The position numbers were made by a program, and so were the translations under genes. DNA of 4,605 nucleotides, taken from the IMG/VR virus record IMGVR_UViG_2579778778_000001; one strand, 5' to 3'. The notes under the pieces were generated by a model. It searched no databases. It was not told where the DNA came from and worked only from the letters and a program-made list of their open reading frames with translations. Below, piece by piece: positions 1 to 4,605 of the stretch (within the stretch, counting starts at the first letter, position 1; each line of letters opens with the position of its first letter). This DNA is from a virus. Lineage: Duplodnaviria; Heunggongvirae; Uroviricota; Caudoviricetes.

Positions 1-1997
1 CGGCAAAGAAATCCGAAACTGCAGCGGCATCATCGAAGAACGCGGCGAAAACCTCAGAAACGAATGCAGCTAACAGCGCACAGGCGGCAGCGACCTCACA
101 GACTGCATCGGCAAACTCCGCGACAGCAGCCAAAAAATCAGAAACCAACGCGAAAAACAGTGAGACAGCCGCAAAGACGAGCGAAACCAACGCAAAGTCC
201 AGCCAGACGGCAGCGAAAACCAGCGAAACGAATGCTAAAGCCAGTGAAACTGCGGCAAAAAACAGCCAGGTTGCAGCAGCCCAAAGCGAGAGCGCGGCAG
301 CCGGTTCTGCGACTTCAGCAGCTGGATCAGCAACTGCTGCGGCTAACAGCCAGAAAGCTGCGAAGACGAGTGAAACTAACGCAAAGTCCAGCCAGACGGC
401 AGCGAAGACCAGCGAAACGAATGCCAAAGCCAGTGAAACTGCGGCGAAAAGCAGTCAGGATGCAGCGGCTCAAAGCGAGAGTGCCGCAGCCAGTTCTGCA
501 AGCGCGGCGGCTGCTTCTGCCACTGCATCAGCTAACAGTCAAAAAGCAGCAAAAACCAGTGAAACCAACGCAAAGGTGAGCGAAACAGCGGCTGCGAACT
601 CAGCGAAAGCATCGGCAGCAAGCCAGACGGCAGCTAAAGCAAGCGAAGATGCAGCCAGAGAGTACGCAAGCCAGGCTGCGGAGCCGTATAAATATGTCTT
701 ACAGCCGCTGCCTGATGTGTGGATACCATTTAACGATTCGCTGGATATGATTACGGGCTTTTCGCCGTCATATAAAAAAATTGTTATTGGTGACGATGAA
801 ATAACGATGCCTGGCGACAAGATTGTTAAGTTTAAACGTGCATCGAAAGCAACCTATATTAACAAATCTGGTGTGCTGACAGAGGCTGCCATTGACGAGC
901 CACGATTTGAACGTGATGGCCTGCTTATTGAGGGGCAAAGAACAAACTACATGCTCAATTCGGAAAGCCCTGCCAGTTGGGGGCGATCGTCAAATATGGA
1001 TGTGCCCGAAACAGGGACGGATAATTTTGGTTTTACCTATGGAAAGTTTGTCTGCAACGATTCTCTGATTGGGCAAACCTCAGCCATTAATATGGCATCA
1101 ATTGCTGCAACAAAGTCAGTTGATGTCTCAGGCGATAATAAACACGTGACAACCTCATGTCGTTTTAAAACAGAACTGCAGGTAAGGTTGCGTATCCGGT
1201 TTGATAAATATGACGGTAGCGCAACAACTTTTCTTGGTGATGCGTATATTGATACACAAACGCTTGAAATTAATATGACAGGCGGTGCTGCCTCAAGGAT
1301 TACAGCGAGAGTCAGAAAGGACGAAGCTACCGGATGGATTTTTGCAGAGGCAACAATTCAGGCAATTGATGGGGAGTTAAAAATAGGCTCTCAGATACAG
1401 TATTCTCCTAAGCAGAGCGGGGCAACCGTATCTGGTGACTATATTTATCTGGCCACCCCACAAGTAGAAGATGGGCCTTGTGTATCATCTTTTATTATAT
1501 CAGGAGCGACGGCGGCGACCCGCGCAAGCGATATAGTTACAGTTCCAATTAAGAATAATCTTTATAATCTTCCTTTTACGGTTCTTTGTGAGGTACATAA
1601 GAACTGGTATAAAACGCCAAATGCAGCGCCACGTGTTTTTGATACCGGCGGTCATCAAACCGGAGCGGCTATTATTCTTGGCTTCGGTCGTTCAACAGAT
1701 TACGACGGATTTCCTTATTGCGATATTGGAGGAGCTAACAGACGGGTAAACGAAAACGCATCGCTTGAAAAAATGGTTATGGGGATGCGTGTAAAGTCAG
1801 AGCAGTCTACGTGCTCAGTAAGTAACGGGCATATATCCAGCGAAACAAAAACCACATGGTCCTGTATTCAGAACACCGCAATTATCCGTATTGGAGGCCA
1901 GACTACAGCCGGGTTACGTCATTTATTTGGTCATGTCAGGAATTTCAGAATATGGCACAAGGCATTGACTGATGCTCAGGTGGGGGAGTCAATCTAA
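1..1997 (+). CDS. stf: Side tail fibre protein, lambda Stf-like, 5'-partial (first full codon at nt 3; stop TAA 1995-1997). Repeat-rich Ala/Ser/Thr/Lys shaft, then a C-terminal putative receptor-binding domain with a LamG/ConA-lectin-like terminal motif.
   Basis: The frame of track ORF 576..1997 is open without stops back to nt 3. Translation of 3-660 gives repeats such as AKTSETNAKSSQTAAKTSETNAKASETAAK, which match from memory the AKTSETNA-type repeats of the lambda Stf N-terminal shaft. The track start at 576 is an internal GTG, not the true start. The C-terminus ends ...GLRHLFGHVRNFRIWHKALTDAQVGESI, resembling the terminal strand motif of LamG/ConA-like jelly-roll domains. It is followed by a coupled downstream gene (TAATG overlap). 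Confidence 0.85.
   Translation, partial: AKKSETAAASSKNAAKTSETNAANSAQAAATSQTASANSATAAKKSETNAKNSETAAKTSETNAKSSQTAAKTSETNAKASETAAKNSQVAAAQSESAAAGSATSAAGSATAAANSQKAAKTSETNAKSSQTAAKTSETNAKASETAAKSSQDAAAQSESAAASSASAAAASATASANSQKAAKTSETNAKVSETAAANSAKASAASQTAAKASEDAAREYASQAAEPYKYVLQPLPDVWIPFNDSLDMITGFSPSYKKIVIGDDEITMPGDKIVKFKRASKATYINKSGVLTEAAIDEPRFERDGLLIEGQRTNYMLNSESPASWGRSSNMDVPETGTDNFGFTYGKFVCNDSLIGQTSAINMASIAATKSVDVSGDNKHVTTSCRFKTELQVRLRIRFDKYDGSATTFLGDAYIDTQTLEINMTGGAASRITARVRKDEATGWIFAEATIQAIDGELKIGSQIQYSPKQSGATVSGDYIYLATPQVEDGPCVSSFIISGATAATRASDIVTVPIKNNLYNLPFTVLCEVHKNWYKTPNAAPRVFDTGGHQTGAAIILGFGRSTDYDGFPYCDIGGANRRVNENASLEKMVMGMRVKSEQSTCSVSNGHISSETKTTWSCIQNTAIIRIGGQTTAGLRHLFGHVRNFRIWHKALTDAQVGESI
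171..548 (+). repeat. In-frame tandem duplication of a 189-bp (63-codon) unit inside the stf shaft (copy 1 171-359, copy 2 360-548), with degenerate partial copies on both sides and a ~14-15 codon sub-periodicity.
   Basis: Direct comparison: gcaaagacgagcgaaaccaacgcaaagtccagccagacggcagcg at 171 versus gcgaagacgagtgaaactaacgcaaagtccagccagacggcagcg at 360 (offset exactly 189). The first ~100 nt of each copy are near-identical and the remainder more diverged. Protein units are AKTSETNAKSSQTAAKTSETNAKASETAAKNSQVAAAQSESAAAGSATSAAGSATAAANSQKA and AKTSETNAKSSQTAAKTSETNAKASETAAKSSQDAAAQSESAAASSASAAAASATASANSQKA. Confidence 0.85.
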
Positions 1998-2278
1998 TGA
2001 AAGATTTAACACTCAAATTTGAAGACAGGGCCGACTTTTCGGCCTTTATGGAGAGTATTGGCTATTATGATGACGAGTCGATGCAGGATGATATTCTTAT
2101 CGACGTGATAGGTAACGTGTACAAAGAAACCGGAGAACTGACTGAAGATGGCGAACCGGTATGTGTTAAGGAAGACGGATATTTTGTAAACGTGCGCATC
2201 ATTAATGATTCGCAAATATCGTCATTATTCGATGAATACGTGGTTGCTGTTGAGCATCAACTTCGTGGCTGGATGTGA
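1997..2278 (+). CDS. Hypothetical small acidic protein (93 aa), function unknown; candidate fibre chaperone or adaptor.
   Basis: ATG at 1997 overlaps the stf stop (TAATG). GGGGGAG Shine-Dalgarno at 1983-1989, 7 nt upstream. Uninterrupted ORF to TGA 2276-2278. Asp/Glu-rich, no hydrophobic segment. Low GC like the flanking genes. I do not recognise a family. Confidence 0.7.
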   Translation: MKDLTLKFEDRADFSAFMESIGYYDDESMQDDILIDVIGNVYKETGELTEDGEPVCVKEDGYFVNVRIINDSQISSLFDEYVVAVEHQLRGWM

Positions 2279-2287
2279 GGAAGAAAA

Positions 2288-3328
2288 ATGGCTACATCGA
2301 CAGTAATTCCTGATGACATCAAAACGCTAAAATCCGACGTTAGCAAATTAAAAAACGATCAAGGAAGCTACGCAACAAAATCTTATGTAGACAATAAAAC
2401 AACATGGAATGGTTATTGCAATGTAATCTATGATCAAAAAACATTGCCAACAACTGGAACTATATTCAGCGGTAAGCTGCATTTGTCAAATAAGACTGGT
2501 GAAACGGAAAACGCTTATAGTGACATATATACCAGAAAAAATATTGATGGTACTAAAGATACAATGACGAGGATCGTCACACATAACGGGACAAAAGGTA
2601 TCTTTTGGGACTTTAGTGATCTTTACGGAGGAACTTTAATTTTTCCAGGCAGTGATGGTTACCTTAAGATGGGGAACTGTCTCATGTCGTATGGTGTGCG
2701 GGGAAGTAACGCGCTTATTAAGTTTGATAATACAGACTCATTGCAGATCAAATATGCTAATCACGGGTCGACCATGACACTAAACACGCAAGGTACGGCG
2801 TATTCTGGTGTGTCGACGTTATTATGGGGAAATTCCAGCCGTCCTGTTGTTTATGAAGTCGGTGTTGATGGTGGCGCTTATATGTTCTATGCGCAGAAAA
2901 ATACCGATAACACCTATATGTTAAGCGTTAATGGTGCATGTCATGCCACCGCATTTAACCAGCATTCCGACCGGGATCTGAAAGACAACATTCAGGTGAT
3001 CGATAATGCAACCGACCGCATCCGTAAAATGAACGGCTATACATACACGCTTAAAGAAAACGGTATGCCCTATGCTGGTGTCATTGCACAGGAAGCTCTG
3101 GAAGCAATCCCAGAAGTTGTAGGTTCCGCAATGAAATATCAGGACGGTGCGAGCGGATCGGAAGGTGAAGAAGGTGAACGTTATTACACAGTAGATTATT
3201 CTGGTGTTACTGGCTTGCTTGTTCAGGTAGCCAGAGAGTCAGACGACAGAATAACAGCACTGGAAGAAGAAAACGCAGAATTAAGACAAAGATTATCTGT
3301 AATTGAGGCGGCGCTTGCGTCTAAATAA
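2288..3328 (+). CDS. Short tail fibre or tailspike-like protein (346 aa) with a C-terminal peptidase S74-type intramolecular chaperone auto-processing domain.
   Basis: GAGGAAG Shine-Dalgarno at 2277-2283, then ATG 2288. The C-terminal ~120 aa (from nt ~2966) carry the S74/endosialidase-chaperone hallmarks: Ser227 and Lys232 in NQH-SDRDLKDNI (Ser/Lys spaced i and i+5, as in the endosialidase CTD), then GYTYTLKENG, GVIAQEALEAIPEVV, YYTVDYSGVTGLLVQVARE and a terminal coiled-coil-like ITALEEENAELRQRLSVIEAALASK. The N-terminal ~226 aa are Gly/Thr/Asn/Tyr/Ser-rich and beta-like, typical of fibre tips. Confidence 0.85.
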   Translation: MATSTVIPDDIKTLKSDVSKLKNDQGSYATKSYVDNKTTWNGYCNVIYDQKTLPTTGTIFSGKLHLSNKTGETENAYSDIYTRKNIDGTKDTMTRIVTHNGTKGIFWDFSDLYGGTLIFPGSDGYLKMGNCLMSYGVRGSNALIKFDNTDSLQIKYANHGSTMTLNTQGTAYSGVSTLLWGNSSRPVVYEVGVDGGAYMFYAQKNTDNTYMLSVNGACHATAFNQHSDRDLKDNIQVIDNATDRIRKMNGYTYTLKENGMPYAGVIAQEALEAIPEVVGSAMKYQDGASGSEGEEGERYYTVDYSGVTGLLVQVARESDDRITALEEENAELRQRLSVIEAALASK

Positions 3329-3331
3329 TAT
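3303..3331 (+). promoter_or_regulatory. Candidate sigma70-like promoter inside the 3' end of the fibre gene: TTGAGG (3303-3308), 17-bp spacer, TAATAT (3326-3331).
   Basis: Pattern match only. The -35 is 4/6 and the -10 is 4/6 to consensus with ideal 17-bp spacing. A start near 3338-3340 would fall inside the 5' arm of the downstream hairpin. Confidence 0.2.
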
Positions 3332-3334
3332 TAA

Positions 3335-3357
3335 GGGGCCGAGCGCCCCGTTTTATT
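3335..3357 (+). terminator. Rho-independent terminator candidate: GGGGC (3335-3339), loop CGAGC, GCCCC (3345-3349), then G and TTTTATT (3351-3357).
   Basis: A perfect 5-bp all-GC stem followed immediately by a T-rich tract, starting 7 nt after the stop of the 2288..3328 CDS. The stem is short, so strength is uncertain. Confidence 0.55.
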
Positions 3358-3370
3358 GGGTAGGATGAAA

Positions 3371-3664
3371 ATGGATATAACACCTTTCCTTCATGCGCTT
3401 TGTGCTGTGGCTGCGCAGCTACTGATTGGTCTTTTTACCGGGAACTGGGCTTACGGGGCGATAGCCGGTTGTACGTTCTTCATTGCGCGTGAACACACCC
3501 AGGCAGAATATCGCTGGATCGAAATGTTCGGGCATGGCAAGCGAATGAATATGCCGTGGTGGGGCGGTTTTGATACACGTGCATGGGATGTGGCAAGCCT
3601 GATGGATTTTGCTGTGCCGGTGGTGGCGTGTCTGCTGGTCTGGCTGTTGGTTAATCGTGGGTGA
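3371..3664 (+). CDS. Small predicted inner-membrane protein (~98 aa from ATG 3371; alternative ATG 3365; track TTG 3356), two hydrophobic segments, function unknown.
   Basis: GGTAGGA Shine-Dalgarno-like at 3359-3365, 5 nt before ATG 3371. Hydrophobic stretches ALCAVAAQLLIGLFTGNWAYGAIAGCTFFIA and VASLMDFAVPVVACLLVWLLV flank a Trp/Gly-rich loop (MPWWGGFDTRAWDV). No lipobox or cleavable signal peptide evident. GC is visibly higher (~53% in a sampled line) than genes 2-3. Stop TGA 3662-3664. Confidence 0.65.
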   Translation: MDITPFLHALCAVAAQLLIGLFTGNWAYGAIAGCTFFIAREHTQAEYRWIEMFGHGKRMNMPWWGGFDTRAWDVASLMDFAVPVVACLLVWLLVNRG

Positions 3665-3674
3665 AAAAAGGTGA

Positions 3675-3803
3675 GCTGTATATGCAACGGAGGAAGAAAC
3701 CCCGTTGCTGGAAGCCTGGAAAAAGTATCGGATGCTGCTGAACCGTGTTGATACATCAACTGCACCTGATATTGAGTGGCCTACGAACCCTGTCAGGGAG
3801 TAA
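3675..3803 (+). pseudogene. tfa: 3' remnant (~41 codons) of a tail fibre assembly gene (lambda Tfa family); no start codon and no N-terminal part.
   Basis: The frame open from 3675 to TAA 3801-3803 translates to [42 protein letters not shown]. From memory this closely matches the C-terminus of lambda Tfa and E. coli prophage Tfa proteins (...[30 protein letters not shown]...). An in-frame TGA lies immediately upstream at 3672-3674, only 8 nt after the stop of the membrane protein gene. Confidence 0.65.
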
Positions 3804-3811
3804 TCATTGGG

Positions 3812-3881
3812 ATTATGCCGCAGCACGTCTTAAGCAAGACCATTATGCCGCAGAAACGTTGTATGCAATAACGTTCTGCGG
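3812..3881. repeat. Intergenic repeat cluster: 12-bp direct repeat ATTATGCCGCAG at 3812-3823 and 3842-3853, the second forming an imperfect inverted repeat GCCGCAGAAACGTT (3847-3860) / AACGTTCTGCGG (3870-3881) around a 9-nt spacer.
   Basis: Read directly from the sequence. The arms are complementary apart from a 1-nt bulge. No flanking T-tract on either strand, so not a classical terminator. Confidence 0.5.
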
Positions 3882-3888
3882 TTGGCTG

Positions 3889-3908
3889 ATGCACTTTCGA
3901 GAGTGCAT
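3889..3908. promoter_or_regulatory. Near-perfect 20-bp palindrome ATGCACTTTCGAGAGTGCAT (18/20 symmetric); possible protein-binding site or hairpin.
   Basis: Reverse complement is ATGCACTCTCGAAAGTGCAT, so two mismatches. It lies in the 380-bp non-coding gap between the tfa remnant and the convergent permease gene. Confidence 0.35.
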
Positions 3909-4045
3909 GTATTGAATTATTTCCAGCTATTATCGATTTTACGTATTTTTTGCATGAGAGAATTTGTACCTCCTCCCAACAACGACCTTCCATGACTTTC
4001 CGGACTTCTGTGGGCCAGCGGACGATGCTGCCCTCGGATGTTGTG

Positions 4046-4605
4046 CTAATTGGGTGATGACAAATCCTGTGTATGGGTGTTTCCCTTTGTGCGTGCGTTG
4101 ATGCTGGTAACGGTGAACGTCATGATGAACACAACCGCGAATAAGACGACAATCGTCGGAGCTGGTGCACTGTCGATAAAAAAGGACAACCAGACACCAG
4201 TCATTGACACTATTACCGATATGCCAATCGCCAGTAGGAGCGCAATATGAAAGCGTTGTGTCAGGAGTACCGCAATGGCGCCAGGCGCAATGAGCAGAGA
4301 AATGGAGAGAATGATACCTACCGCTTTCAGCGTCGCCACAATGGTCAGAGAGACCATGCACAGCAGCCCATAATGCAGACATCTCGTATGCAAACCGCTT
4401 ACCTGCGCCTGTTGATAATCAAAGCTGAACAGCAAAAAATCCCGCCATTTTACGCTAATAACAAGTGTAACCAGCCCGGCAATAATCACCGTCTGGATTA
4501 TATCGCCGATGGTTACCCCGAGCATGTCGCCGAAAAGAATATGGTCAAGATGTACGTCTGGTTTGACTGCAATATACAAGATCAGACCTGCGGCAAACAT
4601 GCCAG
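4046..4605 (-). CDS. ABC-3 family (ZnuB/MntB/SitD-type) metal ABC transporter permease, C-terminal ~185 aa; the 5' end of the gene lies beyond the window. Possibly a sitD-like Mn/Fe permease.
   Basis: Minus-strand ORF open to the window edge, stop TAG (revcomp of 4046-4048). The translation is multi-TM and aligns by eye with the C-terminal half of E. coli ZnuB as I recall it, including the LFGD-L-V motif (here DHILFGDMLGVTIGD) and the following helices. Assignment within the family is from context, not sequence. Confidence 0.8.
   Translation of the reverse strand, partial: GMFAAGLILYIAVKPDVHLDHILFGDMLGVTIGDIIQTVIIAGLVTLVISVKWRDFLLFSFDYQQAQVSGLHTRCLHYGLLCMVSLTIVATLKAVGIILSISLLIAPGAIAVLLTQRFHIALLLAIGISVIVSMTGVWLSFFIDSAPAPTIVVLFAVVFIMTFTVTSINARTKGNTHTQDLSSPN

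Noticed and set aside
171-548. Possible CRISPR array, because of regular direct repeats
   Set aside because: The repeats are 189-bp in-frame coding units with protein-level periodicity inside an open reading frame, not short repeats separated by unique spacers.
64-579. 171-aa Arg/Lys/Gln-rich + strand ORF (MQLTAHRRQRPHR...)
   Set aside because: It is an alternative reading frame of the GC-rich stf repeat region. The real frame (open from nt 3, giving AKTSETNAK repeats) is continuous with the 576..1997 ORF, and the basic low-complexity product is a repeat artefact.
600-760. Invertible fibre segment (Gin/Pin/Cin-type switching) at the shaft-tip junction
   Set aside because: No invertase gene in the window, no 26-bp cix/gix-like crossover sites seen at the junction, and no inverted alternative tip exons downstream.
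539-820. 93-aa minus-strand ORF
   Set aside because: Antisense to the stf coding frame inside the Ala-rich repeat region; an Ala/Ser-rich low-complexity translation typical of a shadow ORF.
2006-2215. 69-aa minus-strand ORF
   Set aside because: Lies entirely antisense within the 1997..2278 CDS, which has the better start context and coupling.
3356-3358. TTG at 3356 as start of the membrane-protein gene (as in the ORF track)
   Set aside because: It lies inside the terminator T-tract with no Shine-Dalgarno; ATG 3371 (or 3365) with the upstream GGTAGGA is far more plausible.
3419-3826. 135-aa and 104-aa minus-strand ORFs (3419..3826, 3451..3765)
   Set aside because: Antisense to the membrane-protein gene and the tfa remnant; the + strand frames have Shine-Dalgarno support and recognisable protein character, these do not.
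3847-3908. Intrinsic terminator for the convergent permease operon
   Set aside because: The hairpins have no adjacent T-run on the minus strand (nor a clean one on the plus strand), so they are reported as repeats or possible binding sites instead.
3793-3993. 66-aa Cys-rich minus-strand ORF in the intergenic gap
   Set aside because: No convincing Shine-Dalgarno at its start, it overlaps the tfa remnant stop and the palindromes, and the composition looks non-coding. Kept only as a remote possibility.
3939-4382. 147-aa minus-strand ORF and 66-aa + strand ORF (4050..4250)
   Set aside because: Both overlap the ABC-3 permease CDS in other frames or antisense; the permease frame has clear transmembrane-transporter character.

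Overview
This window looks like the tail-fibre end of a lambdoid prophage late region from an Escherichia/Shigella-type genome, converging on the 3' part of an ABC-3 family metal-transporter permease gene on the opposite strand. The + strand carries, in order: the last ~2 kb of a lambda Stf-like side tail fibre gene (5'-partial); a translationally coupled 93-aa acidic ORF; a 346-aa fibre-like protein ending in a peptidase S74-type intramolecular chaperone domain; a short GC hairpin plus T-tract terminator; a small two-TM membrane protein; and a ~41-codon 3' remnant of a tail fibre assembly (tfa) gene with no 5' part. The side tail fibre gene is open from the window start in the frame of the 576..1997 ORF; the 64..579 track ORF is the wrong frame of the same repeats. 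The main finding is a mosaic: a GC-rich Stf repeat shaft switches near nt 690 into a low-GC block (~700-3330) that appears to have replaced the ancestral fibre tip and most of tfa. That block holds a lectin-like fibre tip, the unknown acidic ORF and the self-chaperoning short fibre, with an unrelated-looking membrane protein gene just downstream; together they are a candidate receptor-binding or host-range cassette, possibly with a linked exclusion function. All family assignments are from reading the translations and from memory, with no database search run.
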